From: a virus
Taxonomy: Duplodnaviria > Caudoviricetes
Virus record (IMG/VR): IMGVR_UViG_3300027892_003173
Coordinates: 1-35,284 of that record
DNA: 35,284 nucleotides
Reading direction: 5' to 3' (one strand)
Shown: piece by piece, positions 17,956 through 25,832 of the stretch
How positions within the stretch are numbered: the stretch's first letter is position 1
Layout: every line of letters begins with the position of its first letter
The notes under the pieces: model-generated
Told to the model about the DNA's origin: nothing
Seen by the model: the letters and a program-made list of their open reading frames with translations, nothing else
The model's database searches: none
Position numbers and translations under genes: made by a program

Positions 17956-18704
17956 TAGCAGTCGAGGTAGCAGCGAAGCTTGAGCATGGCCTTCTTTAGT
18001 CGGCGCTGTATTGTGTCTACGGATACGCCCTCCCGTTTCGCCATCTCAACTTCGGACAGGCTGAGGTCAAATCTCCACCGAATAAGCCTCCGGTTCAGTG
18101 GGCTCAGTTTTTCCCGCGCGGTCTTCAGGCGAGAAAGCATCTCGGTCTTTTCGGACACGTGGCTCTCTTCGTGGGGGGAGTCGTGAAAGTCTGGGTCGAA
18201 CGCGCACGTGTTGCCTCGGGTGGGCAATTCACGGAGCACTGCTAGGCCCGCCAAAGTTAGGCCGAGGGCAACGGCAATCTCGTCGTCCTGCACCCCGTCC
18301 CGCTCTAGGCGCTTCATCGCGCAGAAGTCATCGACCACGCCCTCGGGCACACGAACGGTGTGCTGTTGCAGGCGCAGGAGGCGGAGTCTTTTGCTGATCC
18401 AGAACGACGCAAAGTAGGAGAACCGACGGCCCCTCGCCACGTCGAAGCGGTCAATCGCTTCCACGAGGCCAAGATTTGCAGCCGAAATGGCGTCGTCCTC
18501 CGAGCACCCCGGTCGTTGGCGCACAGAATCTGGCGTTGAGCCCATGCTCTTACGAGCCATGTCAAGCGCCCAGTGGAGGTAAGCGTTGACGATTTCGGTC
18601 TTGTCCTGCGAGACGACGTAGCGGGCGAATATCTCCCTCTCCTCCTCGATGGATATTTTCCGAGGGGGCGGGAGGATCGTGTGGGTGTAGTAGGTGCGGG
18701 TCAC
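17955..18704 (-). CDS. phage-encoded sigma-70-family RNA polymerase sigma factor
   Basis: Region 1.2-like ISIEEEREIF; region 2 DDAISAANLGLVEAIDRFDVARGRRFSYFASFWI; region 4 LSPLNRRLIRWRF..LSEVEMAKREGVSVDTIQRRLKKAMLKLR. Confidence 0.88.
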   Translation of the reverse strand: MTRTYYTHTILPPPRKISIEEEREIFARYVVSQDKTEIVNAYLHWALDMARKSMGSTPDSVRQRPGCSEDDAISAANLGLVEAIDRFDVARGRRFSYFASFWISKRLRLLRLQQHTVRVPEGVVDDFCAMKRLERDGVQDDEIAVALGLTLAGLAVLRELPTRGNTCAFDPDFHDSPHEESHVSEKTEMLSRLKTAREKLSPLNRRLIRWRFDLSLSEVEMAKREGVSVDTIQRRLKKAMLKLRCYLDC

Positions 18705-18741
18705 AGGCGTGGGAACATGTTGAAAGTTTGCACCCGTATTT

Positions 18742-20904
18742 TCAACACCTGTTCTTTGGGTTTGAGATTGTCCACACGCGGCCCGACTTTTCGTCGCAGG
18801 TGATGGGCCAGCCCTTCCCCTTCAGGGCGGCCAGATTGCGGCCCACAACGTCGGCGGTGAGGCTGCGAAGGGCGGCTCTGGAGGCCTCTTCTGAGCTGAG
18901 CAGCTTAAGGAACTGGTAGGCGGTGCCCGACCACGACTTCTCGGTGGGATGATCGTGGAACCACGTCTCTGCCCAGTCCTGCATGACCTCAGAGAATCCG
19001 TTCGAGCGGCTGGAGTGCTGCGCCTCGCGGAACAGCGAAGGCTCGTGGTAGGCCCGCACGCCGTAGCGGTGGTCGGGCGAGATGACCTCTGCTGGCGGCT
19101 CCCAGTCGAGGAGCCAGCGGGCGAAGTAGGGCAGCTCTCGGACGAGGATGTTCTCCACCTCTCGGCGGGGCGGGAACGTGATCTTACGCTCACGGGCGCA
19201 ACGGAGGAGGGTGTGCTTCTCCTGCGCCGAAATCTCCATGTCGGGGATCATGCGGAGGGACTCTGGGTCGTCGTTCATGGTCACCACTACGCGCCCGAGC
19301 CACTGCACCTGTGCGGCGACGCGGAACTTTGCCGAGAACTCAAAGGTTTGATTCGAGACCAGCTTCTTGAGCATCGACGAAAAGTAGGCGTGTGTGCGGG
19401 CGTCGATTGTGGACGACGAGTCGTCAATCGTCATCAGCGGGGTCTCGAAGAGGTGGGAATTGAAGTTGGTGTCACCCGTGAGGTAGGCCTGTGCGTCGGC
19501 CGACCCGCCCATGAGCTTGGACAGGATGTTCTGGCTAAACAGTGTCTTGCCCACGCCCGCGCCGCCGACGAGGAACAGTGTCTGTCCACGGTCGAGGTCT
19601 CGGTTGTAGGCCGACCCGTAGAAGCGCTTCATCCACGCAAGGAGGTAGTCCTTCTGCGGATACACGGGGTCGAGGAGTGCGTCGAAGTATGCGGACAGCC
19701 AAGGGAACTTACCTCCCGAGCCCCAGACCGTCTTCTCTTCGGACGGAGGGAACACGCGCCCGACGTGGGTGTTCAGTGCCTTCTTACCGCCGCCGAGCTC
19801 GATGATCTCTCGGCCACAGTAGACGAACGGTGCGGCCCCGTCGATGGGCTGCCACGTGCGGATGAAGTCGAGGGCCTTGTCGGCGGCGGACGGGCCTGCG
19901 CGACGTTCGCTGTCGAGTCCACGGTTGATTGCGATGTGCTCGCGGATGTCTTCCTTGGCGAAGGGACGCCACACGCCTGTCCCGTCCTTCATCCAGTATT
20001 TTTGTCCGTCGTGGTAGATGCCTGCGACGGCTGCACCCATCTGCTTGTGCTCGTGCTCCTTCACGAACTCCGCACCGAGGAGGTCGGACCAAGACCAGAA
20101 CGGCTTGGCGGCGTGGCCGGAGAACGTGTAAATTCCGGTCGGCTTGACGACCGCAGACTTGGGTGACGTGGACTCGCTGACCCAGAACGTGGGGCCCTGA
20201 GAGTCGAGGGTGAAGTCGGCGGGCCAGTTCATCTGGGGCCACTTCTTCTTTAGGGCCTCAAAAACGACGGGGAGGGGCAGCTCGACGCCCTCGGCCTTGA
20301 ACTTCCACTTCTTGACCACCTCGACGATCCAGCCCTGCACGAGGTCGGCAGGGAGGCGGTGGCTGGACACCTCGCCCCACTCGCCTGAGTTGGTGTAGTA
20401 ACGGCCGGGGTCGAGGTAGGCGGGCTCGTCCAGCCCCACGCACATGTCGCGGTGCCGCAGGGCGGTCATGGCGAACTTTAGGAGGGCCACGGCAACCTCA
20501 CGCGAGGGCACCGTGACGGGCTCCTGAAATAGCCACAGAAATCGGGCGTTCCCAGAGAGCGTTTTTTCGTAGTAGGTTGGCGGGTGGGCCCCGCACCGCG
20601 CGACGCCTGCACCGAGCTCAGCTTCGGTCAGGGCGGCGTCGTAGTCGCCCACGAGGCCGTGCAGGCGAAACGGCGGATTCCCGTCGGTGTCCTCCTTGCG
20701 GTTTCCGACGGTGATGCGGGCGTTCTCGTTGAGGCCCTCCCAGAGCGAATACACCTGCCACTCGGTAGAGGGGTCATTGATCCACTTGGATCGGGCGGGT
20801 TTACCCGCCTTCCCCTTCACATTCTCGGGTGGAGAGAGGGAGAACGTCCAAGGGACGCATGGGGAGGTCGAGGAGGAGACGAGATTGGACAGGCTGCGCG
20901 GCAT
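18742..20904 (-). CDS. primase-helicase (primase-like N-terminus, DUF5906-type P-loop NTPase)
   Basis: LVGDYD and TLSGNARFLWLF in the N-terminus; Walker A GGAGVGKT, Walker B LMTIDD, motif C VVTMND. Confidence 0.85.
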   Translation of the reverse strand: MPRSLSNLVSSSTSPCVPWTFSLSPPENVKGKAGKPARSKWINDPSTEWQVYSLWEGLNENARITVGNRKEDTDGNPPFRLHGLVGDYDAALTEAELGAGVARCGAHPPTYYEKTLSGNARFLWLFQEPVTVPSREVAVALLKFAMTALRHRDMCVGLDEPAYLDPGRYYTNSGEWGEVSSHRLPADLVQGWIVEVVKKWKFKAEGVELPLPVVFEALKKKWPQMNWPADFTLDSQGPTFWVSESTSPKSAVVKPTGIYTFSGHAAKPFWSWSDLLGAEFVKEHEHKQMGAAVAGIYHDGQKYWMKDGTGVWRPFAKEDIREHIAINRGLDSERRAGPSAADKALDFIRTWQPIDGAAPFVYCGREIIELGGGKKALNTHVGRVFPPSEEKTVWGSGGKFPWLSAYFDALLDPVYPQKDYLLAWMKRFYGSAYNRDLDRGQTLFLVGGAGVGKTLFSQNILSKLMGGSADAQAYLTGDTNFNSHLFETPLMTIDDSSSTIDARTHAYFSSMLKKLVSNQTFEFSAKFRVAAQVQWLGRVVVTMNDDPESLRMIPDMEISAQEKHTLLRCARERKITFPPRREVENILVRELPYFARWLLDWEPPAEVISPDHRYGVRAYHEPSLFREAQHSSRSNGFSEVMQDWAETWFHDHPTEKSWSGTAYQFLKLLSSEEASRAALRSLTADVVGRNLAALKGKGWPITCDEKSGRVWTISNPKNRC

Positions 20905-21030
20905 GAATAGTTTGGTTTATCGGGTTTTGAAAGGAATTCAACCACTGTTGGTAAGCAACGGTGAGTCGGTGAGACCTCCCGACGGCCCGAGAGCGGGCAC
21001 GGGGGAGGGAAGAGGCCCAGTCGGACCCCG

Positions 21031-21312
21031 TTATTGTGCGCTCACGCATTCGTAAACAAGTGTAAGGACGTTTGACGCTACCGCCCAGCGCAGCATCGCG
21101 CTCTCTGCGGACTCGTTCGGACTAAGCTCTAAAGCGTGCAGGGGGCCGCCGCCCTTCACGCGGAAAATTACGACACGGGAGAACAGTCTCGAGGTGTAGG
21201 GAATTTCGGCCCAATCGTATTGCTCAAGCCAGCGCATTTCGGCGGACTTTGGCCAGCGTTGGGAAGTAAAGGCCTCAGAAAGGCTGGGGAGAATAGGTGT
21301 TTCGGTGCTCAT
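21031..21312 (-). CDS. hypothetical protein (93 aa)
   Basis: ATG at 21312 (MSTETP) lies just after the small upstream gene. Confidence 0.55.
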   Translation of the reverse strand: MSTETPILPSLSEAFTSQRWPKSAEMRWLEQYDWAEIPYTSRLFSRVVIFRVKGGGPLHALELSPNESAESAMLRWAVASNVLTLVYECVSAQ

Positions 21313-21346
21313 AGTGATTAAAAGTCGGGTTAAAGGTGAGTGAAGT

Positions 21347-21472
21347 TCACGCTTGCAGTTCTTTCTCAATCTTTCGGAGGCGGAACTTCAACTTCTTGAG
21401 GGCCTCGGCCTCGATTTGCATGACGCGTTGTTTGGTCACGCCTAAAATTTTGGCTACAGCTTCGTAGGTCAT
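21347..21472 (-). CDS. 41-aa stand-alone sigma-70 region-4 HTH protein (not in the ORF track)
   Basis: MTYEAVAKILGVTKQRVMQIEAEALKKLKFRLRKIEKELQA; ATG overlaps the upstream TGA. Confidence 0.75.
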   Translation of the reverse strand: MTYEAVAKILGVTKQRVMQIEAEALKKLKFRLRKIEKELQA

Positions 21473-21948
21473 CAGAAACGCCCTCCAGTGTCGGGGACTG
21501 TCTGGGGGCAGGCGGTCGAGCGGTGCGACCGTTCAGACCACGCGGCGTTGGACCGACCGCTGTGTGTCGGCGCGCAGGCGAGGCGCACCTCGGGAAATTT
21601 GACACGTATCTTTCGCAAGGCGCTCTCCTCAATCTGACGTATCCGTTCGTGCGATACGCCGCACGCCTGCGCGACCACGTCGCGGCTGACCCCTCCCCTG
21701 ACGTCGTTAAGGGCCACGAGGGCCTCAATGACTTTGCAGCCCCAGATAAAGTTATCCTCGCTGCCGCCGTGGTAGTTTGACGCCCGCCTTGGCACCCCTG
21801 CGGCTATGAGGGCGTTACGGGCGGCGGTTATAGACAGGCCGTGTTTCTTCCCTGCGGCGGTCATGGACATGGTCTTGCAGTCTTCGATAAGCTGAAGCCT
21901 GATCTCGGGTGAGATTGGGCGTCTTGATTTTGATCTGTGTGTTTTCAT
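21472..21948 (-). CDS. double-HTH DNA-binding protein with sigma region-4-like domain
   Basis: MSMTAAGKKHGLSITAARNAL and VSRDVVAQACGVSHERIRQIEESALRKIR; ATG at 21948 follows the upstream TAA by 2 nt. Confidence 0.78.
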   Translation of the reverse strand: MKTHRSKSRRPISPEIRLQLIEDCKTMSMTAAGKKHGLSITAARNALIAAGVPRRASNYHGGSEDNFIWGCKVIEALVALNDVRGGVSRDVVAQACGVSHERIRQIEESALRKIRVKFPEVRLACAPTHSGRSNAAWSERSHRSTACPQTVPDTGGRF

Positions 21949-21950
21949 GT

Positions 21951-22118
21951 TTAGGCGAAAAGTGAAGCGATGTAGCTGAGGGTCGCGATGGCCCAAATAA
22001 GGGCGGCAACTGCAACCGACTTTGGGGTTTTCTTTTTAGAAAGTTCTTGGAGGTAGCCCGCAAGCTTTTTTTTCTTGGCGACGTCCGCCCTTGGGCGTTT
22101 GTGATACGGTTTAGACAT
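21951..22118 (-). CDS. 55-aa basic protein with C-terminal transmembrane segment (not in the ORF track)
   Basis: MSKPYHKRPRADVAKKKKLAGYLQELSKKKTPKSVAVAALIWAIATLSYIASLFA; tiles the gap with 1-2 nt spacing. Confidence 0.65.
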   Translation of the reverse strand: MSKPYHKRPRADVAKKKKLAGYLQELSKKKTPKSVAVAALIWAIATLSYIASLFA

Positions 22119-22119
22119 G

Positions 22120-22236
22120 TTAGCGTTTTAGGTGGCGTTCACAGAACGTGACGCAGAATTGTAAGAACATCGGGGTGAGAACTCGTCCGAGGGTCCATCC
22201 GACGGCGGCGAGGAATGCTAGTTTTAGTGTTATCAT
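22120..22236 (-). CDS. 38-aa hydrophobic peptide (not in the ORF track)
   Basis: MITLKLAFLAAVGWTLGRVLTPMFLQFCVTFCERHLKR; C/A-rich leader; TTGACG at 22286-22281 upstream. Confidence 0.55.
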   Translation of the reverse strand: MITLKLAFLAAVGWTLGRVLTPMFLQFCVTFCERHLKR

Positions 22237-22289
22237 AATGGTGTTGGGCTTGGAGGAGGAAAGACTGCGAGACTGCACGCCGTCAATGA

Positions 22290-24212
22290 CTATTTTTTGT
22301 AGAACGAAGAAAGTTCTCCCTCGGCTCCCACAGGGAGATCAGGTGCCCACGTCGGCGGCACTGTAATTTCCCTGACGATGGGGTCCACAGACGTCCACGT
22401 GTCGGGCACCTCCCAAATGCCTTCGTCGTGCGCCGTGAAGATGAGTTGCGTCTCGGTCGACAGGGTGTCCTCTACGCGCAGTAGTCCTATTCCGAATACA
22501 TCTCGGGCGAAGGCCTGAATGATGTTCTCGAGTAGAATGCTGCCCCACAGGCGGCAGCGGGACCCCTCGACCTCGGCGGAAATGACCCAGCGTTCGTAGG
22601 TCTCACCCGTCTTCTTGTTGACGAATTTGCGCCGCTCTCGGCGCACGTTTTCATAGCGCAGTGAACGTCCAGACGGCAGCTCGAACGACAGGTCGCGCCC
22701 GACTGATGCGCTTAGCTGCTCGTCTAAGAACTCCCACATCGCCGTGATGAAGGTCGCGGACAGGCGGTAGTCGGCCACCTGCTTGCGGGCGTTGGCACCG
22801 TAAACATCCTCGCGCACCGGATGTGGCCCCCCGTCGGGGTCGGGAATCACGACGTAGGCCACACCCTTGTCGTCGGTGTAGAGGGTCTTGTCGGCGGAGA
22901 GTTCGAGTGCGATGGCCTCGTCGTCTACGCAGAGGTCTAGGCCCGCCATGATCATGGCGACGGTGATAAATTTCTCCCAGCCGCAGCCGTATCCAAGTCC
23001 CAATACACGTGCCTTGGCCAGCCCGTATTTCTTCTTGTCCTCGACCTTGAGGCTGCCGCCCGTCCAGCCCATCGTTTTTCGAGCGTGGGCCTCGTAGATG
23101 GCGAAACCTTCGCGCACCATCTTCATCTGCTCCTGATCGTTCGTCAGGTGCATCGTGCAGCGGGGCTCGATCTGCGAGAGGTCGACGATGGCAAACTTCT
23201 TGTTTGGTCGAGCCACCAGCAGGGACCGGAAGTCCACGCCGTAGAGCGGGTCCTTCGCGAGGTTTTGGAAATTGAACCCGTTGGTGCCGGACCACCGCCC
23301 CGTGTGCGCCCCGAAGTAGCGCAGGGACGTCTGCACGGTGCCGTCGGGGCGAGTGCGGTCACGGAGAGTCTGCAAGGCTGCGAGACCCTTCTTCGCCTTG
23401 CGGATGCGGCCTAGGGCCAGAATCCACTCGACGGTGCCCGAGTAGGTTTCATACCACTCCTCTGAGCCCTCGGGGTCGTGCTTTTTCACGGGCATGCCGG
23501 GGATGCCGTCCATGCGGCACTGTTCGGCGATGCCAATCGGGGACGCGGGCTTGTAGCCCCGAACAACCCACGGGAGCTTGTCCGTCGACTCGATCACGAT
23601 CTTCTGGAGCGTGACGATGCCCGCCTCGAGCTTGGGGAGATCAACAAGCACCCCATGCCGCGCCGAGGTGCGCGTGAGCCTCGACAGGCGACGCTCGAAC
23701 TCGGGCCACTTGGATTCGTATTTATCCCAGAGTTGCCACGCTAGGACGGCGTCCTCGGCCGCGTAGTCATACATGGCCTTCTGCTCGTCAATCGAGAAGT
23801 CTCGCGGCCAGTGCTTGCCCTTGGCTGCGGCACGGACCGTCTTGGAGACCGACTGGCCGAGCAGCTTGGCGGAGGCCGACGCGAGGTCGCCTGCACCGCA
23901 CAAAAACTGAGACATGTCGAGGACGCAGTCCCAGTCTTCGAGGCGCGCCACGTGGGGCCAGAGGCCGCGCTCGGTGCCGTTGAGGTAGATTTCTTGGTCG
24001 AAGCTGGCGTTGGCCGAGACGAGCTTCGCGCCCTTTAAGGAGTCCCAGTTAAAGTCCTGCGGAGGGCCAGCCCAGCGTTCGGCCCCGTCGAAGACGGACA
24101 CGAAGTAGCAGTATGCCTCCGGCTGGCGGGCATAGAACGACGGCCCTGTCTTCTTAACGGAGATGACGTCGTCGTAATACGTCTCGGTGTCGAATCCGAT
24201 GACGCGGCTCAT
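22290..24212 (-). CDS. polA: family A DNA polymerase with 3'-5' exonuclease domain
   Basis: ExoI FDTETY; HTGRWSG..NFQNL; motif A VDLSQIEPR; motif B AKARVLGLGYG; ENIIQAFARD; motif C TAHDEG. Confidence 0.95.
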   Translation of the reverse strand: MSRVIGFDTETYYDDVISVKKTGPSFYARQPEAYCYFVSVFDGAERWAGPPQDFNWDSLKGAKLVSANASFDQEIYLNGTERGLWPHVARLEDWDCVLDMSQFLCGAGDLASASAKLLGQSVSKTVRAAAKGKHWPRDFSIDEQKAMYDYAAEDAVLAWQLWDKYESKWPEFERRLSRLTRTSARHGVLVDLPKLEAGIVTLQKIVIESTDKLPWVVRGYKPASPIGIAEQCRMDGIPGMPVKKHDPEGSEEWYETYSGTVEWILALGRIRKAKKGLAALQTLRDRTRPDGTVQTSLRYFGAHTGRWSGTNGFNFQNLAKDPLYGVDFRSLLVARPNKKFAIVDLSQIEPRCTMHLTNDQEQMKMVREGFAIYEAHARKTMGWTGGSLKVEDKKKYGLAKARVLGLGYGCGWEKFITVAMIMAGLDLCVDDEAIALELSADKTLYTDDKGVAYVVIPDPDGGPHPVREDVYGANARKQVADYRLSATFITAMWEFLDEQLSASVGRDLSFELPSGRSLRYENVRRERRKFVNKKTGETYERWVISAEVEGSRCRLWGSILLENIIQAFARDVFGIGLLRVEDTLSTETQLIFTAHDEGIWEVPDTWTSVDPIVREITVPPTWAPDLPVGAEGELSSFYKK

Positions 24213-24391
24213 TTTTTACCTTTCGGAGCTCGGAACCGCTTCTCGAAGCAGGTGAACTCGATCACCTCGGAGGCGCGGAACCCTGCAAAAAAGAGTGCTG
24301 CGATTTTATTTGCGTAAAGAGTTTTTCCGTCGGGGAGTCCCCAGAATGTGAGGCTCGTGGTGGCCTTGGGTGGCAGGTCTTTAATTTTCAT
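24209..24391 (-). CDS. hypothetical protein (60 aa)
   Basis: ATG at 24391 (MKIKDLP); ATGA overlap with the polymerase start. Confidence 0.55.
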   Translation of the reverse strand: MKIKDLPPKATTSLTFWGLPDGKTLYANKIAALFFAGFRASEVIEFTCFEKRFRAPKGKK

Positions 24392-24557
24392 TTTTAGTGT
24401 TGATTTTTGAGAGTTCGTTACGCTGGTCGAGCAGGGCGTCCACCTTGCGGCGCGCGTGGGCACGCTCGACCATAGTTTTGGCCTTCGCAAGCACCGCGCC
24501 ATCGACCTTCAGCATGATGTCGATGTCCTCGACGTTGTCGGGGAGGTTGGCATTCAC
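24381..24557 (-). CDS. hypothetical 58-aa helical protein (not in the ORF track)
   Basis: GTG overlapping the upstream TGA; (M)NANLPDNVEDIDIMLKVDGAVLAKAKTMVERAHARRKVDALLDQRNELSKINTKNEN; strong GC3 bias. Confidence 0.6.
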   Translation of the reverse strand: MNANLPDNVEDIDIMLKVDGAVLAKAKTMVERAHARRKVDALLDQRNELSKINTKNEN

Positions 24558-24874
24558 AGCGCGGCCTCCCGTAGTGCGGGCAGCAACTTATCGTGCTCGA
24601 ATTCAGCGAGCTTCTGCCCCGCGTTTAAGAACGAGATGCTGGCTTTGAAATCGGCCTCGGATAGGCGTTCCATTTCGTCGACCCGACGGCCAAACTCGAT
24701 GAGCTGGCCCGCGACTGAAATGAGCGGGTAGGTCGCCTGCATGCAGAACTCGTTGAAGTGCCGCCGCGACTGGCGGTGGTTGCGAGCCGCTTGTCGGGAC
24801 TTATATTCTGCGGCGAGCTGTTCCTGAATGAGAGTGCGGTGACTCTCGAATGTTGCTTGTAGTTTTGGATTCAT
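24554..24874 (-). CDS. hypothetical protein (106 aa)
   Basis: ATG at 24874 (MNPKLQ) after a short AT-rich gap. Confidence 0.6.
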   Translation of the reverse strand: MNPKLQATFESHRTLIQEQLAAEYKSRQAARNHRQSRRHFNEFCMQATYPLISVAGQLIEFGRRVDEMERLSEADFKASISFLNAGQKLAEFEHDKLLPALREAAL

Positions 24875-24894
24875 AAGGAAAATAGTTGTAGGGC

Positions 24895-25518
24895 CTAGCA
24901 GTCTGGCGTCATTGCGGTGTCCTGCGCGTTGACCCTGCTGGTCTCCGCATGCCACGTCTCAGGGCCCATCACGGTGTAGTCTAGCGGCACGTTGGGCTTA
25001 ACCCAAGAGTCATCCTGCCAGAGTATGCGATTGTTCGGCTGGGCGGCGATCTGACCTGAGCCGTCGTTGAGCGTCAAAACATGGTAGCACTTGTGCTCCG
25101 ATGGGAAATTGGAGTAGCCGTTGTCGGTGTGGTCGAGGGTGAACCAGTAGGTGCCAGAAACGAGCAAGCCGTCGCGCTGCCGATACTGGCACGACATATC
25201 GCGGAGGTATTCGTAGCGGGTGACAGAAAAATCCCACCCGTGGCAGTCCCACATCTGTAGCTCGTTGAGGGCGTGGCAGGGCGCGCCGACCTCGGGTAGC
25301 TCGTGTCGGAGCATGTGCAACGGTATACGGGCCCACTGCGCCCCCGACTCGCAGAGGATTGAAAAGTGCAGAGCTCGGGATGGGATTGACGTGACCCCGA
25401 ATATCACCGCCTTCTCAAACGTCCCCGCTTCGGAGGGGTTTAGTGTTCGCAGAATGGAGCGGTCGACGTAGCCGTAAAGGTGTTGCGGGACTGAGGCGTT
25501 GTGACAGTGGTGGTTCAT
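24895..25518 (-). CDS. conserved phage protein of unknown function (LQxWDC / EHK / AQPNNR type)
   Basis: FGVTSIPSRALHF..GAQWARIP..LQMWDC..GTYWFTLD..SEHKCYH..AAQPNNRILW, a motif set I recall from hypothetical proteins of aquatic phages. Confidence 0.7.
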   Translation of the reverse strand: MNHHCHNASVPQHLYGYVDRSILRTLNPSEAGTFEKAVIFGVTSIPSRALHFSILCESGAQWARIPLHMLRHELPEVGAPCHALNELQMWDCHGWDFSVTRYEYLRDMSCQYRQRDGLLVSGTYWFTLDHTDNGYSNFPSEHKCYHVLTLNDGSGQIAAQPNNRILWQDDSWVKPNVPLDYTVMGPETWHAETSRVNAQDTAMTPDC

Positions 25519-25560
25519 AGTTTTATTAGTTTTATAGGTTTTGCGTTTTGCGTTTTGCTA

Positions 25561-25796
25561 CGCGCTCAAGGTGGGAAAGAACAAAATTGTGCCGTTTCGG
25601 ACGATTACCACTGCAACGGCGAGCAGTGAGAAATGCCTTGTGCCCACCGAGAAATCGCACGGGTTTGAGAATAAAACAGGAGGGTCTCAAACGCTGCGAG
25701 GGGCACTAAGGAGGGCATCGTCCGCGAGCCCGCACCTCGGTGAAATTGTGGGCGACCCTCCTATGCTAAGAGGGCCGCCAATCTAAAGAACGCGGG
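25561..25796 (-). ncRNA. candidate ~235-nt multi-stem structured RNA
   Basis: At least 7 complementary segment pairs in a non-coding gap. Three stems are perfect only with G-U pairs on the minus strand. TTGACA lies immediately upstream. Confidence 0.7.
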
Positions 25797-25825
25797 AGAT
25801 AAAGGCTCCCAACACTGTCTGTCAA
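25797..25825 (-). promoter_or_regulatory. putative promoter, TTGACA-N17-TTATCT
   Basis: Perfect -35 hexamer at 25825-25820 just after the upstream stop; the -10 is non-canonical. Confidence 0.5.
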
Positions 25826-25832
25826 CTAACGT

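Noticed and set aside
18949-20166. 405-aa + strand ORF and other long antisense ORFs (e.g. 7580-8236, 30406-31200)
   Set aside because: They lie opposite well-supported genes, carry no motifs, and are expected shadows of GC-biased codon usage.
25541-25786. 81-aa + strand ORF across the structured gap
   Set aside because: TTG start, antisense to the whole operon, no motif; the base-pairing pattern explains the region better.
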